From the NCBI GenBank assembly GCA_964647595.1, contig CAZYGH010000010.1, positions 20,362 through 84,361 on the forward strand: a stretch of 64,000 bases of DNA. The letters are read 5' to 3'. The translations under genes and the position numbers were made by a program. The stretch is from an uncultured Verrucomicrobiota bacterium. GTDB taxonomy: Bacteria; Verrucomicrobiota; Kiritimatiellia; CAIQIC01; Lenti-01. Shown piece after piece: positions 47,509 to 58,147 of this stretch (positions are counted from its first letter, which is position 1; each line of letters opens with the position of its first letter). Below the pieces are notes generated by a model that was given only the letters and a program-made list of their open reading frames with translations, made no database searches and had not been told where the DNA came from.

Positions 47509-48294
47509 ATGAAAATACCCATTTATCAGGTGGATGCGTTTGCGTCGGAGGTGTTCGCGGGGAATCCGGCGGCGATTTGTTTGCTGGAGTCGTGGTTGGA
47601 GGATCGCGTGTTGCAGGCGATTGCGGCGGAAAATAATTTGTCGGAAACGGCGTTTTTGGTCGGGAATGGGGAAGGGTTTGAGTTGCGGTGGTTCACGCCG
47701 GCGTCGGAGGTGACGTTGTGTGGGCACGCGACGCTGGCGGCAGCGAAGGTGTTGTTTGATTTGCGAGGATGGAGCGGGGCGCAGATTCGGTTTCAGACGA
47801 AGTGGCGGGGTGTATTGACGGTGGAGAAGTGCGGGGAGCTGTTGGAGATGGATTTTCCGGCGCTTCCGGCGAAGCCGGTGGAGACGCCGAAGGGTTTAGC
47901 GGATGCGTTGGGGGTGGAGCCGCGGCAGGTGCTGGAGTCGGCAGAAGATTGGTTGATTGTATTGGACGATGAGGCGGCGGTGCGAGCGCTGAAGCCGAAT
48001 TTTCTAGCGCTGGAAACAATGCCGTGTCGCTGTGCGGTGCCCACGGCGCGGGGAGAGAAGTCGGATTTTGTGTCGCGGGCCTTTGCGCCACGGCTGGGGA
48101 TTTTGGAGGATCCGGTGACGGGTTCATCGCATTGTGTGTTGACGCCGTATTGGGCGGGGGTGTTGGGGAAAGACGCGCTGCACGCGTTTCAAGTTTCGGC
48201 GCGCGGGGGAGAGGTGTTTTGCCGCCATGCGGGAGATCGGGTGAAGTTGGCGGGGCGTGCGGCGGTGTATCTGGAAGGGATGATTTATGTGTGA
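47509..48294 (+). CDS. PhzF-family phenazine-biosynthesis-like isomerase
   Basis: MKIPIYQVDAFASEVFAGNPAAICLL… with a conserved catalytic Glu (SETAFL). Confidence 0.8.
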   Translation: MKIPIYQVDAFASEVFAGNPAAICLLESWLEDRVLQAIAAENNLSETAFLVGNGEGFELRWFTPASEVTLCGHATLAAAKVLFDLRGWSGAQIRFQTKWRGVLTVEKCGELLEMDFPALPAKPVETPKGLADALGVEPRQVLESAEDWLIVLDDEAAVRALKPNFLALETMPCRCAVPTARGEKSDFVSRAFAPRLGILEDPVTGSSHCVLTPYWAGVLGKDALHAFQVSARGGEVFCRHAGDRVKLAGRAAVYLEGMIYV

Positions 48295-48697
48295 GGTGGT
48301 GGTTTCATTATGCGACGAGATTGAAACGGGCGAGGTGGTGGAGATTTATCGCGCGAACGGATGGTCGTCGGCGGAAAAGCCGGTGGAGCTGATGGCGGCG
48401 TTACGGAATTCGCACAGCTTGGTGACGGCGCGGATCGGGGGGCGGTTGGTGGGGCTGGGTAATGCGATTTCGGATGGGCATTTGGTGGTGTATTATCCGC
48501 ATTTGCTGGTGCATCCAGATTTCCAGGGGCGCGGGGTGGGGCGAAAGCTCATGGAGGCAATGAAGGAGCGGTATTGCGGCTTCCATCAGCAGATGTTGAC
48601 GGCGGACGGGAAGGCGATCGAATTTTACAAGCGAATGGGTTTTACGCGGGCCGGGAAGACCGAGCCGATGTGGATCTACGCGGGGAACGACCACTGA
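48287..48697 (+). CDS. GNAT-family N-acetyltransferase
   Basis: Acetyl-CoA-binding motif VHPDFQGRGVGRKLME. Confidence 0.75.
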   Translation: MCEVVVSLCDEIETGEVVEIYRANGWSSAEKPVELMAALRNSHSLVTARIGGRLVGLGNAISDGHLVVYYPHLLVHPDFQGRGVGRKLMEAMKERYCGFHQQMLTADGKAIEFYKRMGFTRAGKTEPMWIYAGNDH

Positions 48698-48891
48698 ACC
48701 TCGGATGCACACGGATGGGAACAGGAGTCGGGATTACGGGAAAGAGAGACTACGAATGTTGCGAATGGGGGAGGGAAGAATTTTTGCCACAGAGGGCGCA
48801 GAGCTATAGAGAGAGGTAGAATGGGGGTGAATAGGGGGGAGGCCGGGGTTGGGATCCCCGGCTATCATGGAGAAGGATGGGGTGGTGGGGG

Positions 48892-50805
48892 TTAGATTTT
48901 GTAGGCGATGACTTGGGCGGGGCGGAGGGTGGGGGGGAGGGGTTGTCCGCTGATTAGATCGGTGGTGGCGGAGGAATGGGGCAGGGTGAGGGGTTGCGAG
49001 TTGTGCATGTCGCTATTGCCGAGAATGGCGAATCCTTTTTTGGATCCGGGCTTTTGCCGGATATATCCGGTGATGGCGCGGTTGGATGTTTCCAGCGGGA
49101 TGATGGTGCCGGGGGAAGGATCGCTGAAGAGTTCCGGGTGCTTCGCACGGAGGGCGTGCACGCGGCGCAGGTCGGCGACGAGCGTGTGCTCGCGGGTCCA
49201 GCCCATGGCGGCGGCGCTGAAGAGGGGCAACACGGAGGGGGGCAACTGGGCGACTTCTTCGTTGGTGAAGTCGAAGCCGGTGTTGACGGGGACGGGTTCG
49301 GCGAGCTCGATGCCATTGTGGAGGTAGGGAACACCGGGGAGGAAGGCGCCGATGGCTTGTGCATAGAGGGCGTAGGCGGGGCCACCGGCCCAATGCACGG
49401 CGCGCGGGGTGTTGTGATTTTCGGCCATGGCCATGAAGGGCACGGGCAGGCCTGCGCCGTGGATCCAGCTGAGCCAGCCGCGGAAGTTTTCGGGGTTTCG
49501 CACGGTTTGCATGAAGGGGCCGACGCAGACGTTGTAGCCTTCTTCGCGGGCGGCGGGGCTGAGGTTGAATTCCTCGGCCCAGAGGGCGAAATCGGGGTCG
49601 ACTTGGCGGGCGCGCGCGACGAGTTGCCGCTTGAGGTCGCCGGGGAGGGCGTGACCCATGTCAATCATGACGCCATCCACATGATAATGCGTTTGGTAGT
49701 GGGGGATGACCTCGGTGATTTTGTTCCAGAGCGGCTGCACGACATTTTCGGGGCGCGCGAGCTGGGAGGCATACATGCGAACGGTGTTGTAGCCGATGTA
49801 ATTGAAATCGGGGTGATCGTAGAGGCGCAGATAGGTGACATCGGTCCAGGGCGGTTGCTCGGAGTCCGGGCCCCAGTCGCAGAACGCGCCGGGAATGCGA
49901 ACGGAAACAGGCTGACCGTTGCGGGGGTCGGGGGCGGTTCCGCGCCAGCACCCATTTTCCATGTGAATGGTGTCAGGGGAGGGTGGCGCGGTGAACATGT
50001 CGAGATAGGTTTTGTGAGGCGGTAGCAATTCATGGAAGCGACCGTTGCCGACGGCGTCGTAGATGTTTTTGAGCTCGTCAGGAGTGAAGAGCGGGGCGCC
50101 GTAGGTGTCTTCGGATTTTTCCCCATTTTTGCGGTCGGGAACGCTGGCGCGAATCCAGTAGAACCACTCGGGGTGCTCCTTGGCCCAGGCGGCATCCTTG
50201 GCGGCGGTGCGGAAAACAAATTCAACGATGACGCGAATGCCGAGGCGGTGCGCGGCTTGGACAAAGGCGGCAAACTCGGTTTCGACATCAAGACCTAGGG
50301 CGGGTTCGGCAAGATGTTCATCGAGCGCATACGGATCGCGGATGGCGAAGGCGCTGCCCATATCTCCCTTGTTGCCGTCTTGTCCGATGGAGGTGATGGG
50401 GAGCAGATGGATGGTGTTGCAGCCGAGCGAGCGAATGAACGGCAACATCGTGATGGCCTTGAGGAAGGTGCCGGTTTCGCGCCATCCCGAGGCGAGAGGC
50501 TTGCAGGAAATGGAGCCATTGCCATCGTGATCGAAGGCGGCGCCGTAGCGGACGAGAAGATTATAGGCAATGGCGTTTTTGCCCCAGTCGCCGGGCATGC
50601 CACCATCCACCACTCGCTTCTGCGGACGGGTGGAGAGGATGGCGCGGAGGCTGTCGCAGAAAAATTGTTCCGGAACGACGGATTGCGCGGCGACGGGGCC
50701 GTCGGGGTTGAGCCAAAGTCCGGGGATGAGATGGGGTGAGGAAGGGGAACTCGACAGGCGTTTTTCGAGTTGGGCGAGGACGGTTTTGAGGGGATTTGAA
50801 TTCAT
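48892..50805 (-). CDS. glycoside hydrolase family 13 (alpha-amylase superfamily) protein
   Basis: TIM-barrel GH13 signatures (GIRVIVEFVFRT, HVDGVMIDMGHALP, WAEEF). Confidence 0.65.
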   Translation of the reverse strand: MNSNPLKTVLAQLEKRLSSSPSSPHLIPGLWLNPDGPVAAQSVVPEQFFCDSLRAILSTRPQKRVVDGGMPGDWGKNAIAYNLLVRYGAAFDHDGNGSISCKPLASGWRETGTFLKAITMLPFIRSLGCNTIHLLPITSIGQDGNKGDMGSAFAIRDPYALDEHLAEPALGLDVETEFAAFVQAAHRLGIRVIVEFVFRTAAKDAAWAKEHPEWFYWIRASVPDRKNGEKSEDTYGAPLFTPDELKNIYDAVGNGRFHELLPPHKTYLDMFTAPPSPDTIHMENGCWRGTAPDPRNGQPVSVRIPGAFCDWGPDSEQPPWTDVTYLRLYDHPDFNYIGYNTVRMYASQLARPENVVQPLWNKITEVIPHYQTHYHVDGVMIDMGHALPGDLKRQLVARARQVDPDFALWAEEFNLSPAAREEGYNVCVGPFMQTVRNPENFRGWLSWIHGAGLPVPFMAMAENHNTPRAVHWAGGPAYALYAQAIGAFLPGVPYLHNGIELAEPVPVNTGFDFTNEEVAQLPPSVLPLFSAAAMGWTREHTLVADLRRVHALRAKHPELFSDPSPGTIIPLETSNRAITGYIRQKPGSKKGFAILGNSDMHNSQPLTLPHSSATTDLISGQPLPPTLRPAQVIAYKI

Positions 50806-50891
50806 GACAGCTCCAGTAGAGTGGGCGTGTATAGACGAACTGGAGCGAGAAGAAAAGAGGAAAGCGTTCTACTAAGCGAAAAAATTCAATT

Positions 50892-52334
50892 TCAGGGCGG
50901 GGAAGGGGGAACGACTTTTTTGGCGGGGCGATAGAGGTGGGCGCAGAGGCCTTTGTGGAGCTCGGCCGCTTCGGCGAGCGTTTCGGAGAGGGTGGGGTGG
51001 GGATGGATGGTGTGGGCGAGGTCGGCGATGGTGGCATCGGATTCAAGAGCGAGGGCGGCTTCGGAGATGAGATCGCCTGCGCCGGGGCCGGCGATGGCGA
51101 CGCCCAGCAGTTGACCGGTGCCGGGATCGGCGAGGATTTTGGTGACGCCATCGGCGCGGTCGAGGGAAAGGGCGCGTCCGCTGGCGGCCCATGGGAATTT
51201 GGAAATTTGGACAGGGATGCCTTGTTCGGCCACTTGCGCTTCGGTGCGGCCGACCCAGGCGATTTCCGGATCGGTGAACACCACGGCCGGAACATGCGGC
51301 GAGAGACGCTCTTCGCGGCCGAGCAACCGCGCGACGAGGGCTCGAGCCTCGTGGGTGGCCTTGTGGGCGAGCATGGGATTTCCGGCGACATCGCCGGCGA
51401 CAAACACGTTGGGATTGGCGGTTCGTCCGTCGGGATTGCAGAGGATGAAGCCGCGTTCGCCGGTGAGGATGCCAGCGTGTTGCAATTCAAGGCCATCGGT
51501 GAAGGGGCGGCGTCCGATGGCGATCAGGGCTTTAGCAAACACTTCCGTGCGGGTTTCATTCGTCTTGATATTTTCCAAAACGATGCGGAGTCCGGCGGGA
51601 TCTTCGGCGATGTCGACGACGCGAGTATTCAAATGAATGGCGTGGAACAAGCTGCGGAGGCGCTTGGCGAGAGGAACGATCAAATCGCGATCGACGCCGG
51701 GAAGGAGTCCGCTGGCCATCTCGACCACGGTGACGCGGGATCCCAACGCGGCATAGACCGATCCGAGTTCCAATCCGATATAGCCGCCGCCCATCACCAA
51801 CAGGTTGGCTGGAATTTCCGGAAGATCCAGAGCGGTGGTGGAATTCCACAGATGGGGATTTCCCGCCGGAAATCCTTCGGGCAAAATGGAGGAGGAACCT
51901 GTGGCGAGGACCAGCGTATCAAAATCGTGAGGCTCTACGGAACCCGGGGCGGCCAACAGAAGTTGGGTTGGTGAGGCAAAGGAGGCGTGCGCCTGCACGA
52001 CACGAATGCCCCGAGCCTTGGCGAGTTGGGCAAGCCCTTGCGAGAGGCGGGTTGTGACGGACCGCTTCCAGTCGCGCAATTTTTCGAGGCGGACAACGGG
52101 GGGAGCGAATTCGATACCGATGGCGGCGGCTTCGCGGGCATCGGAGAGAAGGCGTGCGGCATGCAGAAGAGATTTGGACGGAATGCAACCGCGATGCAAA
52201 CAGGTGCCACCGAGAGCGGGGGAGGAATCGACAAGTGTGACGGGCAGACCGAGGTCGGCCGCTAGGAAGGCCGCCGGATAGCCGGCGGGACCGGCACCGA
52301 CAAAGGTAATGGATTTTGGGGCTGGGGCTGTCAT
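50892..52334 (-). CDS. lpd: dihydrolipoyl dehydrogenase-family pyridine nucleotide-disulfide oxidoreductase
   Basis: FAD-binding GAGPAGY, redox-active disulfide GGTCLHRGCIPSK, and a C-terminal dimerisation domain with HPHPTLSE. Confidence 0.8.
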   Translation of the reverse strand: MTAPAPKSITFVGAGPAGYPAAFLAADLGLPVTLVDSSPALGGTCLHRGCIPSKSLLHAARLLSDAREAAAIGIEFAPPVVRLEKLRDWKRSVTTRLSQGLAQLAKARGIRVVQAHASFASPTQLLLAAPGSVEPHDFDTLVLATGSSSILPEGFPAGNPHLWNSTTALDLPEIPANLLVMGGGYIGLELGSVYAALGSRVTVVEMASGLLPGVDRDLIVPLAKRLRSLFHAIHLNTRVVDIAEDPAGLRIVLENIKTNETRTEVFAKALIAIGRRPFTDGLELQHAGILTGERGFILCNPDGRTANPNVFVAGDVAGNPMLAHKATHEARALVARLLGREERLSPHVPAVVFTDPEIAWVGRTEAQVAEQGIPVQISKFPWAASGRALSLDRADGVTKILADPGTGQLLGVAIAGPGAGDLISEAALALESDATIADLAHTIHPHPTLSETLAEAAELHKGLCAHLYRPAKKVVPPSPP

Positions 52335-52526
52335 AGGAGAGACACCGTAGATTTTTGATCGGCGCGGGGCAAGGGGAAAGGGCAGGGCTACACATTTCAC
52401 GGGTGAATCTGCAGATGCGCCCTCTTGGCTGGGGCTGACCTTTACAGGGGGGGGGCGTTATGAGAGAGTTTTTCACGTTGAACGAATGTTGGTTATTTGT
52501 TGTGTGTTTTCCTGAAGGTGTCTGAA

Positions 52527-53159
52527 ATGGATTGGATTCATCTGTTAAAAGAGGCGATTGGCTATGCGGCTTCGCTGATCATTTTGGTGTCGCTGCTGAT
52601 GACCAATGTGTATCGCTTGCGCTTGATCAATCTGGTGGGTTCGCTTTGTTTCTCGCTCTATGGGTGGCTGATTGGGGCTTGGCCGGTGTGCGTGATCAAT
52701 CTGGTGATTGCGGGCATTGATGCGTGGTATTTGTTGCAACTCATGCGCAGTAGCGCGTTTTTCGATTTGGCGCCGGCCTCGAGTCTGGGCACGGAATATC
52801 TCAAACGGTTCTTCTTGTTTCACGAGCGCGAACTGTTGAAGTACGTTCCCGAATTAACGATCGAAGAGTTGTTGGATGCGCACACCTGTATTCTCTTTCG
52901 CAACATGTTGCCGGTGGGGCTGTTCTCGTATCGTCAAGTGGGGCCGGAGGCGAACATCGTGATTGATTTCATGATTGCGGAATATCGCGATTTTAAGGCC
53001 GGCCGTTATTTGTACAAGACGAAGCGGATGTTTTTCAAAGAGCAGGGAATCAAGCGGTTTCATGCGGTGGCGCGGCATTCTTCGCAGCCCAAGTATTTTT
53101 TGCATAACGGATTTGTTCGGGAAGAGGACAAGCCCGATGGATTCGTGAACTCGCTGTGA
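52527..53159 (+). CDS. hypothetical membrane protein (YgjV-like N-terminus)
   Basis: Three predicted TM helices, then a soluble domain with no recognisable family. Confidence 0.4.
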   Translation: MDWIHLLKEAIGYAASLIILVSLLMTNVYRLRLINLVGSLCFSLYGWLIGAWPVCVINLVIAGIDAWYLLQLMRSSAFFDLAPASSLGTEYLKRFFLFHERELLKYVPELTIEELLDAHTCILFRNMLPVGLFSYRQVGPEANIVIDFMIAEYRDFKAGRYLYKTKRMFFKEQGIKRFHAVARHSSQPKYFLHNGFVREEDKPDGFVNSL

Positions 53160-53166
53160 GGGCGGC

Positions 53167-54036
53167 ATGACAGGGGCGCTTTCCGTGCGGGGGGATGCGG
53201 CGCTGGTGCTGGAGGGGGGGGGTATGCGTGGGCAGTATGCTTCGGGGGCGATGGATTTCTTTTTGCGGGAGGGAATTCATTTTCCTTACGTGATTGGCGT
53301 ATCGGCGGGGATCAGCAATGCGGCCTCGTATGTGGCGCGGCAGTTGGAGCGAAATCGTCAGGTGTTCACGCGCTTTGCGGGCGACCCTCGCTATTTTTCG
53401 TGGCGCAACTGGATCACGCAGGGAAATCCGTTTGGGATGCATTTCATTTATCACGAATTACCGAATCATTTGCCGTTTGATTTTGCCACGTTTGATACGG
53501 CGCCCGTGCGATTTCGCATCGGGGCGACGGATTGCGAAACGGGGAAGGCGGTCTATTTCGACAAGGGTGAGGTGAAACTAGAAGACGCGCTCTTGGCGAG
53601 TTCATCGTTGCCGTTGGTGGGTCGGATGGCGCGGGTGAAAAGGCGGCTCTATTTGGATGGAGGAATTGCGGACCCGATTCCATTCCGTCAGGCGGCAGCG
53701 GATGGGTTTTCGCGGCGCGTGGTGGTCTTGACGCGAAATCGGGGATTCCGAAAATCCGCGCCGAGTGCGGCTGTGAGGGCGGCGATCCGGCTGAAATATC
53801 GGCGGTTTCCGGCGTTGGCTAAGGCGGTGGCTTGTCAGCATGAAACCTACAACCATGCGATGGATCAATTGGAGGCGGAGGAAGTGGCGGGAAACCTGTT
53901 GGTGATCCGTCCATCTCAACCGCTGGTGGTGGGTCGCTATAGTCAAGACCGTGAGCAGCTTGAAAGGCTGTATCAAAATGGAGTTGCCGATGCGGCGGCG
54001 ATCATGGAAAAACTGAAGCTCTATTTATCCCCATGA
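53167..54036 (+). CDS. patatin-like phospholipase
   Basis: GGGMRG oxyanion motif and GVSAG serine motif. Confidence 0.8.
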   Translation: MTGALSVRGDAALVLEGGGMRGQYASGAMDFFLREGIHFPYVIGVSAGISNAASYVARQLERNRQVFTRFAGDPRYFSWRNWITQGNPFGMHFIYHELPNHLPFDFATFDTAPVRFRIGATDCETGKAVYFDKGEVKLEDALLASSSLPLVGRMARVKRRLYLDGGIADPIPFRQAAADGFSRRVVVLTRNRGFRKSAPSAAVRAAIRLKYRRFPALAKAVACQHETYNHAMDQLEAEEVAGNLLVIRPSQPLVVGRYSQDREQLERLYQNGVADAAAIMEKLKLYLSP

Positions 54037-55001
54037 CACCCACGACGACTATTTCGCTGAACTCCGTGGAGGTGCGCTTTCCCATACGGCGCGGCGTGTT
54101 GGCGCGCGTCAAAGGGCATGTGCATGCCGTGGGTGGCGTATCCTTGGAAATCGCGCCGGGCGAAACGCTGGGGCTTGCGGGGGAATCGGGTTGCGGCAAG
54201 ACCACGCTGGGGCGCGTGTTGGCGGGGCTGGAACGACCGACAGCCGGCACCGTGAAGTTGGGGGATGAAATCTTGTTTTCGCCGTCCCGGAAAAAGCCCA
54301 TCACCCAAGACCAGCGCCGCCGCATCCAGATGATTTTTCAAGATCCCATGGCCTCGCTGAATCCGCGCATGACGATTTGCGATTTGCTGACGGAAGGCAT
54401 GGTGGAACACGGTCTGTTGAAGGACGAGTCACGTGAAGAAGCGGCTACGCGCTTGCTCGCCGAAGTGGGAATGAATGCCGATGCTTTGTGGAAATATTCG
54501 TTTGAATTTTCGGGCGGCCAACGTCAGCGCATTTGCATTGCACGCGCCTTATCGCTTCGGCCGGATTGGGTGGTGTGCGACGAAGTGGTGAGCGCGCTCG
54601 ATGTGAGCGTGCAGGCTCAAGTGATCAATCTGCTGATGGATCTGCGAAAAAAACACGGATTGTCGTATCTGATGATCAGCCATGATTTGAGCGTGTTGCG
54701 GCATGTGTCGCACCGGATCGCGGTGATGTATCTTGGGAGATTGGTTGAAGTGGGGCCGGCGCAATCGATGGTGGAGGCGCCGCAGCATCCCTATTCGCAG
54801 GCGCTGGTGGCGGCGGTGCCCGTGCCGGGTGTGAAGCGAAAACGAAAAGCACTTTCCGGCGAGCCACCCTCGGCCACGAATCCTCCCAAGGGATGTCCAT
54901 TTCATCCGCGTTGTCCGAAAGCCATGCCGATTTGCACCAGCCAAGTGCCCGCGTGTCGCATGGTGGGTTCTCACAGCGTTTGGTGCCATCTATTTGCATA
55001 G
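54033..55001 (+). CDS. ABC transporter ATP-binding protein (oligopeptide/dipeptide OppF/DppF type)
   Basis: Walker A GESGCGKTT, signature LSGGQRQR, and a C-terminal CPFHPRCP motif. Confidence 0.85.
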   Translation: MTPTTTISLNSVEVRFPIRRGVLARVKGHVHAVGGVSLEIAPGETLGLAGESGCGKTTLGRVLAGLERPTAGTVKLGDEILFSPSRKKPITQDQRRRIQMIFQDPMASLNPRMTICDLLTEGMVEHGLLKDESREEAATRLLAEVGMNADALWKYSFEFSGGQRQRICIARALSLRPDWVVCDEVVSALDVSVQAQVINLLMDLRKKHGLSYLMISHDLSVLRHVSHRIAVMYLGRLVEVGPAQSMVEAPQHPYSQALVAAVPVPGVKRKRKALSGEPPSATNPPKGCPFHPRCPKAMPICTSQVPACRMVGSHSVWCHLFA

Positions 55002-56328
55002 CCAAACCATGCATAGAAATCGAGCAGTCAAACGGTGGGGGGCCGTTCTTCTCATCTATGGAGTGTGTCTGGGGGGCTGGGCGGAAGATGTGGCGGTTCG
55101 CGTGGGTAATCCCCTGCTGGATCGATTTCCGGTGTCAGGCGATGCGCGTCCTCGTTCCATCTGGGACCTGCACACGTTCGACGGGAAAATATATCTGGCC
55201 CATGGGGATTACTGGAATAATCGGGGTCCAGTCGATATCTGGACCTACGCGGGTGATGGCACGAATTTCGTTAAGGAGTACACAACCAACGAAGAAATGG
55301 TCTGGGATTATTTTGAACAGGACGGCAAGCTGTGGATTCCGGGCGTGGATGCGCGAGAAGGCTTGCCCGACATTTCAAATCTCTATCTCAACGATCCGAC
55401 CCGCCTGCCCAATCCCGGATGGATCAAACAGCGCACGTTGACGGGAGGAGTTCATTCCTACGATGTGGCGCTTTTTAAGGGACGCCTCTATGCCAGCCTA
55501 TCGCTGTCGGACAACACGGGCCTAACGGTGGTATCGACCAACATGGGTCAAACATGGGCGACGGTCCTCCATCAGTACAGCGCTTTGGTGGCCTTCGACT
55601 CTTTCATCTACTTTCAGGGGCCGCAGCAGTGGATCTGTGATGGCCAAACGTGGAAACCGGTTTCACCCATTCTGCATGTGAACCAGTTGGCGATGGCGCG
55701 GAAGACTCGCTTTCGCGATGGCTTGGTCTATTCGTATCCCGTTCGCTATGGGTTGACTCTCACCACGAACTATTTCATTTCGGCTTCCACGATTTCGAAC
55801 AGCGGGACCGCGATGGCCATCGAGGCCTTCACCGATGCCAACGTCCGCGACACCGTGGTTCGGGGCAACGTGTGCTATGTGCTGACGGCCGAGGAAATCC
55901 AGCGCGATGGACTCTATCGCGGTCGCATCCACGCCTCGGATGATTTGGAGACTTGGCATCTAGCGACCGAATTCACGGTGCCGGGAATTCCCCTTTCCTT
56001 CGAGATTCTGAGCAACCGATTTTATGTCGGCATTGGAAGTCGTTTTGACGGATCCAACTGGGATGTGCTGATCGGGCCGGAAGCCGGAAGCCTGTGGTGC
56101 ATTCACCCGGAGCCTGTGTGGACGGGTCTCCGCCCGGATGGTGCAACTGGCATGACGTTGGAACTGGGAGTCGTGCCGGGGTTTTGGTTTGAAATCCAAT
56201 CCACGCCGAAGTTGGATCGACCGGAATGGACTCCCGTGGTCTCCACCAATTCCGTCGATCCGATTTTCACGTTTACGGATCCAGATGTGGAGGACAACGG
56301 GGTTCGATTCTACCGCCTGTTGAAGTAG
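54994..56328 (+). CDS. secreted hypothetical protein with a beta-propeller-like body and a C-terminal FN3-like domain (…RFYRLLK)
   Basis: Signal peptide; the C-terminal domain resembles those of 17205..19625 and the giant protein. Confidence 0.5.
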   Translation: MHSQTMHRNRAVKRWGAVLLIYGVCLGGWAEDVAVRVGNPLLDRFPVSGDARPRSIWDLHTFDGKIYLAHGDYWNNRGPVDIWTYAGDGTNFVKEYTTNEEMVWDYFEQDGKLWIPGVDAREGLPDISNLYLNDPTRLPNPGWIKQRTLTGGVHSYDVALFKGRLYASLSLSDNTGLTVVSTNMGQTWATVLHQYSALVAFDSFIYFQGPQQWICDGQTWKPVSPILHVNQLAMARKTRFRDGLVYSYPVRYGLTLTTNYFISASTISNSGTAMAIEAFTDANVRDTVVRGNVCYVLTAEEIQRDGLYRGRIHASDDLETWHLATEFTVPGIPLSFEILSNRFYVGIGSRFDGSNWDVLIGPEAGSLWCIHPEPVWTGLRPDGATGMTLELGVVPGFWFEIQSTPKLDRPEWTPVVSTNSVDPIFTFTDPDVEDNGVRFYRLLK

Positions 56329-56419
56329 GTGAGGAAGTTTTCCACACTGTGGAAAACTTTTTTCCACAGTGTGGAAAACCGGGGAAAAAGGCATGAGCCG
56401 CCGCAGAGCGCGGAGGGGG

Positions 56420-56875
56420 TTATTGGCGGCCGATGAGGTTTTCGATTTCGGAAAGGAATTGGGAGGCGTCGCGGAAGCGGCGGTAGACGGAGGCGTAGCG
56501 GAGGAAGGCGACTTCGTCGAGCTTTTCGAGTTTGTCCATGACTTTGCGGCCGATGACGGTGGAGGGGACTTCGTGTTCGTATTCGGCTTGGATGGCGAGG
56601 ACGATTTCGTCGACGAGGACGTCCATTTGGGGGCCGGAGATGGGGCGTTTGACGGCGGCATGGGCGATGGCGGCGCGCAGTTTGGTGCGGGAAAATTCTT
56701 CGTGGCGACCATCGCGCTTGAGAACGGTGAGGATGTCTTTGACGACTTCTTCGTAGGTGGTGTAGCGGTGGCCGCATTTGGTGCAGGCGCGGCGTCGGCG
56801 GATGACTTCGCCGTTGCGGATGGAACGGGAATCGATCACCTTGTCATCGGCTTGGGTACATTTGGGGCAACGCAT
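56420..56875 (-). CDS. nrdR: transcriptional repressor NrdR
   Basis: MRCPKCTQADDKVIDSRS…CTKCGHRYTTYE zinc ribbon plus ATP-cone. Confidence 0.9.
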   Translation of the reverse strand: MRCPKCTQADDKVIDSRSIRNGEVIRRRRACTKCGHRYTTYEEVVKDILTVLKRDGRHEEFSRTKLRAAIAHAAVKRPISGPQMDVLVDEIVLAIQAEYEHEVPSTVIGRKVMDKLEKLDEVAFLRYASVYRRFRDASQFLSEIENLIGRQ

Positions 56876-57076
56876 GGTTTGGAGTGTGCGGAGGGGGCGG
56901 GGGGAAGTCAAGTGCGGAGGGGGGGGTTGACTTTTGGCGGGGGGATGGGTAAGGTGCGCGAGTTTTTGTGGAATCCGTCCGGGTGGGCGGACCCGTTTTG
57001 TTCTTTGTCACGGTTGGGCACGGCGCTCGGGAGAGATGCTGTTGCGCGACCGAGGAAATGCCCATCGTAACAGCAT

Positions 57077-57150
57077 TGCCCGATGGTGTAATGGCAGCAC
57101 ACGGCCCTTTGGAGGCCAGAGTCAAGGTTCAAATCCTTGTCGGGCAACCA
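57077..57150 (+). tRNA. tRNA-Gln (anticodon UUG)
   Basis: Cloverleaf folded by hand: acceptor TGCCCGA/TCGGGCA, D-stem GTGT/GCAC, anticodon loop CTTTGGA, T-arm CAAGG-TTCAAAT-CCTTG, 3' ACCA. Confidence 0.65.
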
Positions 57151-57187
57151 TTGCACCCGAGAGCGGACGGACAGAAGAAAAGTATTT

Positions 57188-58147
57188 ATGGAAAATCACA
57201 TCAAAATTTTCGCGGGAAATGCGAACCGGCCGCTGGCAGAGAAGATTGCGGCGCGGGTGGGCATTCCGTTGAGTGCGGCGAGCGTGACACGCTTTCCGGA
57301 CGGGGAAATTTCCGTGACCTACGAGGAAACGGTGCGGGGGCGCGATGTGTTCATCATTCAGCCGACGGGAATGTCGCCGAATGAATACCTGATGGAGCTG
57401 TTGATTATGACCGATGCGGCCCGGCGGGCCTCGGCCAAGCGAATCACGGCGGTGATGCCTTTCTTTGCGTATGCGCGGCAGGATCGCAAGGATCGCTCGC
57501 GCGTTCCGATTTCGGCTAAGTTGGTGGCGAATTTGTTGGTGGCGGCGGGGGTGACGCGGGTGTTGACGATGGATTTGCATTCGCCGCAGATTCAAGGATT
57601 TTTTGATATTCCGGTGGACCATCTGTATGCGGCACCGCTATTGGTGCGGTATTTGCGCGAAAAAATTCCGGCGGAAAATCGGGTGGTGGTCGCGCCGGAT
57701 CCGGGCGGGCTGAAGATGGCCTATTCCTACTCGCAGTTGCTGGATGCGGGATTGGCGCTGGCGGGGAAACACCGGACGTCGGCCACGGAGGTGGAGGCGC
57801 TGGAGCTGGTGGGCAATGTGGAAGGGAAGGATTGCATCCTGACCGACGACATGACCACGACGGCGGGCACGCTGGTGGCGGCGGCGAAGATGGCGAAGGC
57901 GAATGGGGCGAAATCGGTTCGGGCGGCGGTGAGCCATTGCCCGATCACGGAGCTGGGCATCCGGCGGTTGCAGGAGTCGCCCATCGAAGAATTGATCACG
58001 ACGGATAGTTTGCCGCAACAAAAGTGGGACGATTTCCCGATTACGGTGCTGTCGGTGGCGGATCTGCTGGGGGACGCGATTAAACGAATTTACGGGGACG
58101 AGTCCGTCTCCAAGTTGTTCGAGATTCATCAAGGGAGAACGCAATGA
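57188..58147 (+). CDS. prs: ribose-phosphate pyrophosphokinase
   Basis: MENHIKIFAGNANRPLAEKIA…, DLHSPQIQGFF and the PRPP-binding loop. Confidence 0.9.
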   Translation: MENHIKIFAGNANRPLAEKIAARVGIPLSAASVTRFPDGEISVTYEETVRGRDVFIIQPTGMSPNEYLMELLIMTDAARRASAKRITAVMPFFAYARQDRKDRSRVPISAKLVANLLVAAGVTRVLTMDLHSPQIQGFFDIPVDHLYAAPLLVRYLREKIPAENRVVVAPDPGGLKMAYSYSQLLDAGLALAGKHRTSATEVEALELVGNVEGKDCILTDDMTTTAGTLVAAAKMAKANGAKSVRAAVSHCPITELGIRRLQESPIEELITTDSLPQQKWDDFPITVLSVADLLGDAIKRIYGDESVSKLFEIHQGRTQ